A DNA stretch of 64,000 bases from Candidatus Aenigmatarchaeota archaeon (GTDB taxonomy: Archaea; Aenigmatarchaeota; Aenigmatarchaeia; PWEA01; JACQIF01). Where the stretch lies: NCBI GenBank assembly GCA_016432325.1, contig CP066684.1:544001-608000 (forward strand), read 5' to 3'. This document shows positions 47,436 through 57,159 of the stretch, piece by piece (the stretch's first letter is position 1; each line of letters opens with the position of its first letter). The translations under genes and the position numbers were made by a program. Under the pieces are notes generated by a model. That model did no database searches. It was not told the DNA's origin and worked only from the letters and a program-made list of their open reading frames with translations.

Positions 47436-47779
47436 TCGTACTCTCTCCATCTGTGGCCGCACTTGGCACACGCTAAAAACCGAGTAGGCGGTTCGTCCGC
47501 TGAGCGCGTCTGCTGTATCCACCAGTGGGCCTCGTTGTGCGAGCACTTGGGACACTCTGTTTTCGTTATGGGCAGGGCGTCCATCTCCGTGTTCTTCTCC
47601 ATCACCACGACGCTTTCGGAGGGCTTGGTCTGGATTTTTTCCCTGAGGAGCACGCGTTCGTTGCGCTTCATCGAACGGCGCGTACCGCACGCGCGGCAGG
47701 CTATCACAGTAGTAGTCTTGAGCTTCTTGGGAACCATTATCCCGCCGCACTTCTTGCAGAATTCAACGATGTTAAGCAC
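47432..47779 (-). CDS. tfs: Transcription factor S
   Basis: FCKKCG; CPKC..QTRSADEP..CAKCGHRW; start uncertain. Confidence 0.92.
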   Translation of the reverse strand: MLNIVEFCKKCGGIMVPKKLKTTTVIACRACGTRRSMKRNERVLLREKIQTKPSESVVVMEKNTEMDALPITKTECPKCSHNEAHWWIQQTRSADEPPTRFLACAKCGHRWREYD

Positions 47780-47827
47780 CCGGAGCGTTCTGACCAATAG
47801 AACGTGGGTCGTATTTAAGCGTTTACG

Positions 47828-48400
47828 TCAGCCTGTCGCGGCCAATCCGCCCAACACAGACGCGAACGTGGCCGCAAAGAACACCGTCGCCAGTATGATG
47901 AGCACGACAATCGGTATTACCAAGCCCGCGAACGCTTTGAGCTTGCTCACTCCGTGAACTTGGGCGAGACCCACGACGTTGAGATATATTCCATACAGTC
48001 CCGCGAGAATTCCCACGAGAGGAATCCATGTGAGAAGCTGCGTCGCGCTCGTGGAGCCGAAGACGCGCACGGTTCCTTCGTACGTTCCCTTGCCTCCGAG
48101 GAAGCCCATCACCACCTGTATGACGCCGCTTCCAAGGAACAGTCCAACCAGCCCTCCGACGATAGAAGCGACTACTGAGATGGGAATCGAGTCCACGCCA
48201 GCGCCGACTCCTTTCAGGCCGAACAGGCTCAGAGCGGCCGCGAGGCCCAGGAAAGAAACTATCCCGGACAGCAGGCCGCCTATGGCCAGGTTTATCGCGG
48301 CGAATTTCGCAGGCTCCGCGTAGCCGCCTGTCACAGGCATCTTGGAGAAGAATTCGCTTGGGTGGATAAGAACGCTCTTGACGTTGTCAACGTATCCCAT
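47828..48400 (-). CDS. Yip1-domain membrane protein
   Basis: VLIHPSEFF, GGKGTYEGT, WIPLVG. Confidence 0.85.
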   Translation of the reverse strand: MGYVDNVKSVLIHPSEFFSKMPVTGGYAEPAKFAAINLAIGGLLSGIVSFLGLAAALSLFGLKGVGAGVDSIPISVVASIVGGLVGLFLGSGVIQVVMGFLGGKGTYEGTVRVFGSTSATQLLTWIPLVGILAGLYGIYLNVVGLAQVHGVSKLKAFAGLVIPIVVLIILATVFFAATFASVLGGLAATG

Positions 48401-48452
48401 GGGACTCTGTTCGAGCCGCCGAATATATAAAGGTTGGATGCTATTTGGATGC

Positions 48453-48722
48453 ATGGGACTTTTCGGCGGGTCTAAGACGAGTGCGGAAGATGCCCTGCGC
48501 GACGCTCTAAGAAAGGTGTGTACGGAACTCCCTGCAATGTCGAAGGTACTCGGAATTGGGGAAAAAAACGCGCGCTTCCTCAAAGAAGAGGTAGAGAAGG
48601 GCGCCACACAAAATCTAACATGGAGTACCGCCCAAACCCTGGCAGACAGCTTGGAGAACGAGGCGACTCGCCTCGATGAATTATCTAAAACCCTTAGAGA
48701 CGCGGCCAAGAAGCCCGCCTGA
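48453..48722 (+). CDS. Hypothetical small helical protein
   Basis: ATG ~25 nt after TATATAAA. Confidence 0.5.
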   Translation: MGLFGGSKTSAEDALRDALRKVCTELPAMSKVLGIGEKNARFLKEEVEKGATQNLTWSTAQTLADSLENEATRLDELSKTLRDAAKKPA

Positions 48723-49463
48723 TTAAAGCTTCTTCACTCTTCCGGGCCTCGGCTCATAGCACGCTCCCGACTCCAGCAGTTCGTTTATCACTGGCTCGAC
48801 GTGCGCCTCTGGCAGCGCGACTTCCTTTATCACGGTCCCGTACTCCGCGCCTGAGCCGTCGTCGAGACGCACGATTGCCGCAAGCACGCGCTCCTTTACG
48901 GTCTTTTTGTCTTCCGTGTTCTCGGCCGCCTCTGACACGAGAACGACTGCCTCGGCCAGCTCCGGGCTTATCCCAGCCGCGGCCGCCAGTTTCTTCAGTT
49001 CTTCCGTATCCGAGATCTGCTTGCGTATCTCAAGAATGCGCGCCTTCGCGTTCTCGAGCGCCTTCTTCTGCGCGGCGAGTTCCGCAAGCCTCAGGAGCAA
49101 AAAGTTCGGGTCCTCGACCTTGCGCATTATTTCAGGCTGTACGTACAGCTCGCCTTCGTACTTCTTTATCTTGCCTATCACGTCCACGAAGTCGCCTATC
49201 TCTATGCCTTCAAGGGGCTTGACGTTTTTGAAGAACTTGACGCGTATCGTCTCCGTTTCATCGTCCAGCACGAGAAAGCCGTACTGGTTGTCCTCGGAAA
49301 CGAACTTGTTCATCACAGTACCGAGCACACGCGCGCGCGACACTCGCATGCCTTCCTTCGTTATCACGTAGGCCGATTCAAATCCCTGGGCCGCGTGATA
49401 TATGCCTGCGGCAAGCTGCCCTATCTGCGCCTTCACTGCCGTCAAACGCGTGCGATCTGCCAT
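48723..49463 (-). CDS. RPA32-like OB-fold ssDNA-binding protein with C-terminal wHTH
   Basis: RVLGTV, LDDETETIRVK, GACYEPRPG. Confidence 0.85.
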   Translation of the reverse strand: MADRTRLTAVKAQIGQLAAGIYHAAQGFESAYVITKEGMRVSRARVLGTVMNKFVSEDNQYGFLVLDDETETIRVKFFKNVKPLEGIEIGDFVDVIGKIKKYEGELYVQPEIMRKVEDPNFLLLRLAELAAQKKALENAKARILEIRKQISDTEELKKLAAAAGISPELAEAVVLVSEAAENTEDKKTVKERVLAAIVRLDDGSGAEYGTVIKEVALPEAHVEPVINELLESGACYEPRPGRVKKL

Positions 49464-49473
49464 TCAAATCACC

Positions 49474-51471
49474 TCATACTTTCTGCAAGTGCCCCATTCT
49501 TGGAGCGAACAACATTCCCTTGTGCTTCATTTCGTTCAATATCGTGTTAGCCGCGGTCTCGTCTATGCCCTTGTCTTCCAAAGCGGCCATTATCTCCTGT
49601 TCCGGTATGACCTTTCCGAGGCTTTTCTCCAGCTCTTCTATGGTTTCAACGACAGTGCGTATCCTGTTCCTCTGCGACGCGGATGTGCCGCCCTCGGCTT
49701 TGTCTATGTCAAGCTCGCCCGTTTCGGTGTCAGAACCCAGTTGACGAATAGATTCTTTCATGAGCCGTATCGCGCGTTCCGCGTCTTCGTCGTTTACTTC
49801 CTCCGCCAGCCTCAGGCGCGCCGAAGCTTCGGAGAGCCTCATCAGCGCCTCGTATTGACGCAGAGTTATGGGAACCGCACGGTGTTCGCCTGCCTGCCTG
49901 GCGCGCAGTTCCACGAAGAAGTTCTTGAACATCGCGGCGGCCTTGCGCGTCATCTGCGGCGACGCGGTTTTTCTGGCAAGCGCTATGTACTTCTTGAAGA
50001 ATACCGTGTCCACCTCGGGCTTTACCGCATCGCCACCAAGACGCGAGCGTATCACGTGTTCCACAAGGCGCTCGTCGTTCTCTTTGTCCGGCTTGTCCTT
50101 GAGAACGAACTTCACGTCAAAACGCGAGAGCAGGGTGTCCGGTATCTCTATCTGTTCGGCAATCGAACGGCCCTCGTCGAACCTCGAGAACTTGGGGTTG
50201 CAGCCGGCGAGTATGGCCGTCCGCGCCGGAAGCGTCGTCTGTATCGTCGCCTTTGAAATGGAAACGGTCTGGGCGCTCATCGCCTCGTGGAGGTTTATTT
50301 GGTCCTCGCGCGACATCTTGTCGAACTCGTCTATGCAGAGCACGCTCTTGTTCGACAGGACGACCGCTCCGGCCTCGAGCACCCAGCCGCCCACGAACTC
50401 GTCGTCCTTCACTACCGTCGCCGTAAGGCCGGCCGCGCTTGTGCCTTTGCCAGAAACGTAACGTCCGCGGGGCATGAACTCCGCGACGTGCTGCAACAGT
50501 TGCGTCTTGCCCACGGACGGGTCGCCAACGAGCAGGATATGCAAGTCCCCGCGTATGCGCATTCCGTCAGGCAGCACCTGCGGAACTCCCCCGAAAAGCT
50601 GCAGGATTATCGCTTCCTTGACCTCGTTCAAACCGTACATCGAAGGAGCCAGAGAACGGACGAGCGTGGCGCAGGCGTCTGGTCTCGCCGCGAACTCCCT
50701 TATCGCGCGCTCGTCCTCGGGCGTGATTATGACCTCTTCGAAGTCCTGTTCCACGGCCTTTATAGAGTTTGCTTCCAGGAACATCTCGAGCTGCCTCGAG
50801 CGCACGCCGTCTATCTTCTTCGGCAGCTCGCGGACTATGCCCGTTATCTCCAGACGCGCGCCGGGATCCGTTTTCCTCTGGACCTTCGGAGTCGTCAGAT
50901 CGTCTTTCAGGAATATCTTTATCGTTCCCGGCCTCTCGCCCAGAATCATCTCGAGGTTGTCCTCCATCACTATGTACCGCGCGTCGTGCAGCGTGCGGTC
51001 TATGAACTTGAAGCCTTTCTTGCGGCCGCACGAGCAGCCGTTCGGGTAGGAGAGTGTCTGCGCGACCTGGAGGACTTCGTGCCGCTCTCCGCAGTCCGGG
51101 CATTCGAATATCGCGTTCTGAACTTCGGGCATAACCTCGGAGGCGCGCTTTATCGTTCCTTCCAGGCGGACGAACTTGCCGATGTGCTCGCTTCTCAAAT
51201 CCTTGATGCGGATGCGCACGTCATCGGGCACGCCTTCAAATCTGAACGTTATTCTCTTAGGCTTGTCTGTCCCGAGGTCTATTCCTTTCTGCGCTTCCGC
51301 CAAATCGATGAAGAATCTTTCCGGTGCGTGAAGCAGCACGTCTGAGAGAACAGGGTCGAAGCGGTCGAGGTCCGCATAGTCAACGTAGACGTGGTTGAGT
51401 CCTTCCGAAGCCGCGTTGAGCAACTTCTGATAACACATCTCGCGTATGAACTGCTCCAGTTTTTCTATCAC
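49474..51471 (-). CDS. mcm: MCM replicative helicase
   Basis: Zn finger, GDPSVGKT, IDEFDKM, LLSRFD, ITLRQYE. Confidence 0.96.
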   Translation of the reverse strand: MIEKLEQFIREMCYQKLLNAASEGLNHVYVDYADLDRFDPVLSDVLLHAPERFFIDLAEAQKGIDLGTDKPKRITFRFEGVPDDVRIRIKDLRSEHIGKFVRLEGTIKRASEVMPEVQNAIFECPDCGERHEVLQVAQTLSYPNGCSCGRKKGFKFIDRTLHDARYIVMEDNLEMILGERPGTIKIFLKDDLTTPKVQRKTDPGARLEITGIVRELPKKIDGVRSRQLEMFLEANSIKAVEQDFEEVIITPEDERAIREFAARPDACATLVRSLAPSMYGLNEVKEAIILQLFGGVPQVLPDGMRIRGDLHILLVGDPSVGKTQLLQHVAEFMPRGRYVSGKGTSAAGLTATVVKDDEFVGGWVLEAGAVVLSNKSVLCIDEFDKMSREDQINLHEAMSAQTVSISKATIQTTLPARTAILAGCNPKFSRFDEGRSIAEQIEIPDTLLSRFDVKFVLKDKPDKENDERLVEHVIRSRLGGDAVKPEVDTVFFKKYIALARKTASPQMTRKAAAMFKNFFVELRARQAGEHRAVPITLRQYEALMRLSEASARLRLAEEVNDEDAERAIRLMKESIRQLGSDTETGELDIDKAEGGTSASQRNRIRTVVETIEELEKSLGKVIPEQEIMAALEDKGIDETAANTILNEMKHKGMLFAPRMGHLQKV

Positions 51472-51803
51472 GGTTCTCGCCGTCTTTGTAGTGGGCGGAT
51501 GGTATTATACTGATATTTCTGGTGCAGTTCCGCTATGCCGCTAGCAAGCGGCTAATGAAACCCGCAGGTTTCACGTTGCCGCTACGAAGATATGTCCCCG
51601 ACGAAGAGAGCAATTGCCGCGAATACTATATAAATTGCTTTTTCACGTGAACAAGCGGGCGTGAATACGAGAAACGGCGTGAAGCTGTTCCGGATAAATG
51701 TCTTATGCGGAGGGGACACTCTCTCTGTCTGTCACGAAGACCTTGTATGCGGTTGGCGAGTCTCGCTCGCCGGTTTTCAATATAACAACTGGTGCGTCAG
51801 CCT

Positions 51804-52628
51804 CTAGTTCACCGCTTCGGCGTCCTTCCAGATGGCCTCGAACATCGGCTGCAGGAGCTGTCCTGCGAGATTCTCGCTCTGCGACCAGATGTGCGTATCT
51901 TGCGTAGGATGCGTTTTCTCGTCGTGCGTCAGCGCGACCAGAGCCTCCTTGCCGTCGGCAATCGCGAAGCGTCCCTCGAGGTTCTTGCGTCCCTTGGTGT
52001 TGCGAACCTCGGCGTACGAACGTATGGCCTGCGCTGTCTGCGCGCCGGCGGACGTTATCGGAGCCGCGATGCGCACGCGGACGCCGCGCTTCGAGGCGTT
52101 CTTCAAAAGGTTGCCGTGGTTGGCCGCAATCTCTTCGAAGCCTTTTTCGGACGTGAGTATGTAGACGTGCGAAGACGCTTTCTTGAACATCGACTCGAGT
52201 TGCTGGTGCATTGCGTGCCTGCCTTTCAGAGAGCCCGTCAGGTCGGAAGACGAAACGGTCTCGACTCCTGTCTTGAAGAGCTCTTCGAGTTCCTTCAGAG
52301 AATCGCTCTTTTTCGCGCGCTCTATGCGGTCCGTGGCAGTTTCATAATCTTCCTTGTGTTTGTTCTTCGCGCGTTCCAGAGCCTCGCGCGGAGGAACGGC
52401 GACGTATTTTATGGGCTTGGAGTTCTGAACCACGACAAAGCCCTTGTCTGCGAGAGATTCGAGAACGTCATACGTGCGCGAGCGAGGCACGCCCGAAAGC
52501 TCGGCCAGCTGGCCGGCGTTCGAAGAGCCCTTGCTCAGAAGGGTCACGAAGAGCTTGCGCTCATACGAATTGAGACCCACCATCGAAAGCAGGTCCATCA
52601 CGCGCTGGTTGACTACGCTTTTAGGCAT
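51804..52628 (-). CDS. TrmB-family transcriptional regulator
   Basis: GLNSYE, SGVPRSRTYDVLESL, KY.AVPP. Confidence 0.9.
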   Translation of the reverse strand: MPKSVVNQRVMDLLSMVGLNSYERKLFVTLLSKGSSNAGQLAELSGVPRSRTYDVLESLADKGFVVVQNSKPIKYVAVPPREALERAKNKHKEDYETATDRIERAKKSDSLKELEELFKTGVETVSSSDLTGSLKGRHAMHQQLESMFKKASSHVYILTSEKGFEEIAANHGNLLKNASKRGVRVRIAAPITSAGAQTAQAIRSYAEVRNTKGRKNLEGRFAIADGKEALVALTHDEKTHPTQDTHIWSQSENLAGQLLQPMFEAIWKDAEAVN

Positions 52629-52693
52629 TTACTGGTCCCTCACAACGTTTCTGAGCGGTAAATTCATTTTCAAATACACCCCTTGTTTTATCG

Positions 52694-52710
52694 GCGAACT
52701 GTGCGTTCGC
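52694..52710. promoter_or_regulatory. Palindrome GCGAAC-N5-GTTCGC at predicted trmB transcription start
   Basis: ~25 nt downstream of TTTAAATA TATA; second copy at 63659-63675. Confidence 0.45.
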
Positions 52711-52830
52711 ACCTCTTTAACACGCAAACGCAGGTATTTAAACCTTACTACCATGCCGTGACACCGATTTTGGGCACGTTTTGGCGTATGTAGTTACTAG
52801 AAAGTGAACTATTTAAAGGGCTATTCGGTC

Positions 52831-54510
52831 TTAGCCGCGCCGTCCCTGACTCTCGAAGAGCGCCGCGACCCGTTTCAAATCGTCCGCGTCCTTCGGACCC
52901 TTGTCCGCGCGCACGCGCACGAGCCGCGGAAATCGAAGCGCATAGCCGGACGAGTACGTCGGCGACCTCTGGATTTCCTGGTAGCCGGCCTCGATGACCA
53001 CTCGCGGCTTCAACGAAACGCTCTTGCCCTTCTCGGTTTCGATAAGAGGCTTGAGCGTTTTCGTCATTTCAGCGTATTGTTCTTCCGTCAACCCCGTGGA
53101 CAGCATCCCGCACTCAACGAGACGGTCGGCGTCGCGGCAGGCCAGCACGTACGACGAAAGCCACCTCGCGCGCTTGCCCTCGCCCCACGTCGCGCCGACG
53201 ATTACGAGATCAAGGGTTTCCATGATGGGTTTTACCTTGTACCAGCCGCCGACGTGCCGTCCGAAAACATAAGGCGAATCGAGCGCCTTCAGCATTACCC
53301 CTTCTTGCGCCATCTCGAGAGCGCGCCTGTAGAACGCGTCGGCCTTCTTCACGTCGTCCGTTACGAGCTGCTCGGCCACGACGAACTTGTTGGGAAGTTC
53401 GCGCACGGACTTTTCAAGAATTGCGCGGCGCTCTGTCAGCGGCTTATCCAAGAGTATTTCCCCGTCAACGAAAACGATGTCGAACAGGTTGACCTGGACC
53501 GGCACCTCGCGAACCAACTTCTCGATGTCGTATTTGCGCTGGATTCTTTGCGAGAGCAGCTGGAAGGGCTGCGGCTTCCCGTTCAGGACGGCCCACGCCT
53601 CGCCCTCGACTATGCACTCCTTCGGTTTCAGGGAACTCTTCGCAAACTCCGCTATGTCAGGGAACTGATGCGTGACGTCTTCGAGCCGCCGCGTGAATAC
53701 CCATACCTTGTCGCCTTTCTTGTGAATCTGCGCACGCATGCCGTCGTACTTCATCTCTATGGCGACGCGGCCGTGCTCTTTTATAACGTCCTCGATTTTG
53801 TCCACGGCCAGGCCGAGCATGACCTGGACCGGTTTGCCGAGAGCAGGTCGCACGGCACGCAGACCGCGGACGCCGTCCTCCCGCGCGATCTCCGCGACTT
53901 CTCCGAAATCCGAAAGTATGTTCCACGCGTAGTCGACTGCCTCCGTCGCCTCTTTCTTTTCCTCCTTGCCTTTTCCGAAGTATGCTGCTGCGATTGCGTC
54001 TCTGAGTATTCCTTCCGCCACGCCTATGCGCAAGTCGCTGAGAACGGTTCGAACAAGATAACGCGCCTCAAGGGGGGTCGCTGCGGCAAGAAGCTCCCCG
54101 ACAAGCTCCTGCCTGCGCTCCTGCGAAGACGAGCCTGTCACTGAAGGAAGTTTCCGGAGATTCTCGAATATCTTCTCGACGGTAAGCTGTTTCGGCGACA
54201 GCGTGCGTTGCCTCTTTTTTTCCAGCACGCCCTCCGCGACAAGACCGAGATCGCCTTTTTTGGCGAACATCTTTTCGATGTCCGCGGCGGAGAAACCCGA
54301 CGCCTTTCCAATTATCTTCATCATCGTCTGTTCCGCGATGCCCAGCTCGCGCTGGTCGTAAGAAGGGAAGACGCGGCCCGTGAGCAGGAGAACGACTTCT
54401 CGCGCAGTCTTCGTCTTGTGGAGGAACTCTGCGATTGTCTCGGCCTTCTTTATCTTGGATTGCGTGCTTTCGAGCGCATCACAAACTTCGGCCAGTTCCG
54501 AATATCTCAT
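52831..54510 (-). CDS. lig: ATP-dependent DNA ligase
   Basis: KYDGMR, EGVMLK, WYKVK, LRFPR. Confidence 0.96.
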   Translation of the reverse strand: MRYSELAEVCDALESTQSKIKKAETIAEFLHKTKTAREVVLLLTGRVFPSYDQRELGIAEQTMMKIIGKASGFSAADIEKMFAKKGDLGLVAEGVLEKKRQRTLSPKQLTVEKIFENLRKLPSVTGSSSQERRQELVGELLAAATPLEARYLVRTVLSDLRIGVAEGILRDAIAAAYFGKGKEEKKEATEAVDYAWNILSDFGEVAEIAREDGVRGLRAVRPALGKPVQVMLGLAVDKIEDVIKEHGRVAIEMKYDGMRAQIHKKGDKVWVFTRRLEDVTHQFPDIAEFAKSSLKPKECIVEGEAWAVLNGKPQPFQLLSQRIQRKYDIEKLVREVPVQVNLFDIVFVDGEILLDKPLTERRAILEKSVRELPNKFVVAEQLVTDDVKKADAFYRRALEMAQEGVMLKALDSPYVFGRHVGGWYKVKPIMETLDLVIVGATWGEGKRARWLSSYVLACRDADRLVECGMLSTGLTEEQYAEMTKTLKPLIETEKGKSVSLKPRVVIEAGYQEIQRSPTYSSGYALRFPRLVRVRADKGPKDADDLKRVAALFESQGRRG

Positions 54511-54562
54511 GAGCCTAGTTTTGTCTTTGACTTTTATAAGCAGAATGAACCCAACGTTAGGC

Positions 54563-55669
54563 ATGTCGCCGCATGCCAAGGGAGTCTCGCCCATCATAGC
54601 GTCCGTCCTCATACTCCTCGTTACGGTGGCTCTCGTGGCCTCGTACACGGTCTGGACATCAGGCGTCTTCGGCACGGTTTCCGAGAGCGGCCAGGAAGAG
54701 GTCACGCGCAGCACGCAACAGCTCTTCTCAGACTTCCGCATAGAAGGCCTGAGCAAGCAGGACGTCTTCATCAAGAATACGGGTTCGTCCAGGCTCAGCG
54801 TTTCTGCGTTGACTGTGTTTCTGGACGGCGAGCCCGTGACGCACGCGGCCGACTTCGACACGCTCGAAGCAGACGAAGGCGGCACTCTGACGCTTCGCGG
54901 ACTGTGGAAGTTCGGCGTTGGAACGCACGCGCTGAAGGTGAGCGCAGGCGCGTTCTCCGATTCCACGGACGTCACGACAGAACCGGCCGCCGGCGCGGTG
55001 GGCTTATGGGACATGGAGGAAGGTTCGGGCACGGTCGCGAACGACGCGAGCGGGAACGGGAACACGGGAACGTTCGGCAGTTCGCCTGTATGGACGCAAG
55101 ATACGCCGTCTGCGTCTTCCAAGTTCGGGCTGACGTTCGACGGGACAGACGACTCTGTGAACATGAACAGCCCCATCGTCGTAAAAGACCGCGTGACCGT
55201 AGAAGCGTGGGTGAAGTTCGGCGACCTCGGTTCGTGGAGGACGCTCTTCGGCATGTGCAACGATCCGAACAGCGCCTGCTCCGACGCGGACTACGACTAC
55301 CTGCTTCTGAGAAAGCAGAACGACGATAAAGTGAGCTTCATTCTTGGCTACTACAGGACAGGAGGAGGCACATGCGGCTCTGTGTCGACTGCCGCTGTTA
55401 CGCCGAACGTCTGGACTCACGTTGTCGGTACTATTGACATCGGCGCGGGGAGAAGCGAAATGTTCATGAACGGGCTGAAGATACCCACGACCGACGATTT
55501 GGCGTGCACGACCGCGAACATCAACGTCTATCCGTCCATAGGCGCGCTGGCGTACGGCAACAACGCTAATACAGGCCGAACTGAATTCTTCAAGGGTTCT
55601 ATCGACGGCGTGCGCCTCTTTGACCGCGCATACGGGCCTGACGAACTTTACAACCTAGAACAGGCCTAA
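54563..55669 (+). CDS. Type IV pilin N-terminal + LamG domain surface protein
   Basis: KG/VSPIIASVL; FDGTDDSV, VEAWVK, WTHVVGT, FKGSIDGVRLF. Confidence 0.88.
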   Translation: MSPHAKGVSPIIASVLILLVTVALVASYTVWTSGVFGTVSESGQEEVTRSTQQLFSDFRIEGLSKQDVFIKNTGSSRLSVSALTVFLDGEPVTHAADFDTLEADEGGTLTLRGLWKFGVGTHALKVSAGAFSDSTDVTTEPAAGAVGLWDMEEGSGTVANDASGNGNTGTFGSSPVWTQDTPSASSKFGLTFDGTDDSVNMNSPIVVKDRVTVEAWVKFGDLGSWRTLFGMCNDPNSACSDADYDYLLLRKQNDDKVSFILGYYRTGGGTCGSVSTAAVTPNVWTHVVGTIDIGAGRSEMFMNGLKIPTTDDLACTTANINVYPSIGALAYGNNANTGRTEFFKGSIDGVRLFDRAYGPDELYNLEQA

Positions 55670-56070
55670 CCGATGTCGCGTATGACGCGCTTGACTCCGC
55701 ACGCCTGGCACTTCAGCTTCAGCAGCCTGTCTTCGCGAACGAACTCGGTATCCGGCTTGCCGCACGCGCAGAAGACGAACTCGTTCGCGTATTTCTGCAG
55801 CTTGGCCTGCAACTGGTCCTTGCTGAACTTCCCCTGGAATGACGCGCGGGCGCCTTGCATGTCCCCGGGCACGGCCATCTCGCGCGTGAGATATTTCATG
55901 AGATGCTTGGCTTCACGTCTCAAAGTGCGCGCCAGCTCTGCAAAATTCACGACGACGGTCATGTTCCCCTGATTGCTCACGACCGCGTCAGGCATCTCGA
56001 ACCGTTCGTGCGCGCTCGCGCGGGCTATCTTCTGCTCGGCGCGCTTGAGTAGTGTTTCGTAGTCTTGCAT
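55666..56070 (-). CDS. eif2b: Translation initiation factor aIF-2 beta
   Basis: YETLLKRA, RFEMP, CGKPDT, CQACG. Confidence 0.93.
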   Translation of the reverse strand: MQDYETLLKRAEQKIARASAHERFEMPDAVVSNQGNMTVVVNFAELARTLRREAKHLMKYLTREMAVPGDMQGARASFQGKFSKDQLQAKLQKYANEFVFCACGKPDTEFVREDRLLKLKCQACGVKRVIRDIG

Positions 56071-56121
56071 GCGGAGCGTTCACAGAGGAGGCTTAAATAC
56101 GTTTAACCCGATTGTTCATGC

Positions 56122-56562
56122 ATGCGTAAAATCTACTTCGCCGGCTCCATTAGAGGGGGGAGGGGAGATGTAGACGCATATCGCGCCATCATTACAGATC
56201 TTCAGAAATACGGCCAAGTTCTTACGGAACATATAGGCGATAAAGAAATATCCGCACTCGGCGAGAACATAACTGCAAGGGCAATTCACGACAGGGACTT
56301 GGGATGGCTGCTCTCTTCTGACGTGGTGGTCGCCGACGTTTCAACGCCCAGCCTCGGCGTGGGATGGGAGATCGGAAGGGCCGTGGAACGCGGCAAGCCC
56401 GTGTTGTGCTTGTTCAGATCAGACGAGGGCAAGCGACTCTCCGCCATGATTTCAGGGTGCCCCGACCACACAGTAGCCGAATATAGCACTACCGAGGAGG
56501 CCACGGCTCACATAGGCACATTCTTCCAAAAGCTCGATGGCGCTCAAAAGAGCCCTATTTAA
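56122..56562 (+). CDS. Nucleoside 2-deoxyribosyltransferase / DNPH1(Rcl)-like N-glycosidase
   Basis: IYFAGSIRGGR, VLTEH, IHDRD, PSLGVGWEIG, LSAMI. Confidence 0.9.
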   Translation: MRKIYFAGSIRGGRGDVDAYRAIITDLQKYGQVLTEHIGDKEISALGENITARAIHDRDLGWLLSSDVVVADVSTPSLGVGWEIGRAVERGKPVLCLFRSDEGKRLSAMISGCPDHTVAEYSTTEEATAHIGTFFQKLDGAQKSPI

Positions 56563-56592
56563 CTTTTTCGCCACAACAGACAGCGTGGTATT

Positions 56593-57159
56593 ATGCCGCG
56601 CGCGACGAGTTTCATCGAACTGCAGGCCAAGCAGGAGAGGCACGACAAGTTCCATCACAACGACATCTACCGCCTCTCGACGTTCGAGAGGATGAACCAT
56701 TTCGGCCACCATTTTGCGAAGTATGTCGCACGACTCGCAAGGCTCAAAGACGAAAAGAATCCTCTCCCCGTGCTAAGCCAAACGCTCGCCGATACAACCA
56801 TCGTCACCCTTTCCTCGGCATACAGCCTCAACATGAATCTCGACCAGACGCTCCAGGAAAGGCACGGCTTGCCTACTTCAAGAGGCACGTTTGGGTACAG
56901 CGGCGGCACGAACGGAAATTCCGCGATCGAGGACGTGCGCCTGTGGCTCCTTCACGAACTCGCGAAACCGACAGGCGACATAGCGAAGGTTCTTGAAGAA
57001 CACGACCACATGGGACAGGGAGCCGTGAGAAAGGGTCTTGAGGACGGCGTCACGGACATATCGTACGTGGCGGTTTGCGGCTTCAACGGCCTGCATCTGG
57101 ACATGGTAAGCGAAGTGTACGACCGCTGGGCTCTTATCGAGAAGAACAGGATTCTTTAG
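56593..57159 (+). CDS. Hypothetical helical protein, possibly MazG-like
   Basis: LQ..Q..HD...H; H.AKY..LAD..I; two helical halves. Confidence 0.55.
   Translation: MPRATSFIELQAKQERHDKFHHNDIYRLSTFERMNHFGHHFAKYVARLARLKDEKNPLPVLSQTLADTTIVTLSSAYSLNMNLDQTLQERHGLPTSRGTFGYSGGTNGNSAIEDVRLWLLHELAKPTGDIAKVLEEHDHMGQGAVRKGLEDGVTDISYVAVCGFNGLHLDMVSEVYDRWALIEKNRIL

Noticed and set aside
51472-51803. Replication origin upstream of mcm
   Set aside because: No convincing repeated ORB boxes, no AT-rich unwinding element and no adjacent orc1/cdc6
52831-55260. 809-aa extended DNA ligase ORF
   Set aside because: The extension is the antisense shadow of the pilin-LamG gene; ligase homology starts at 54510
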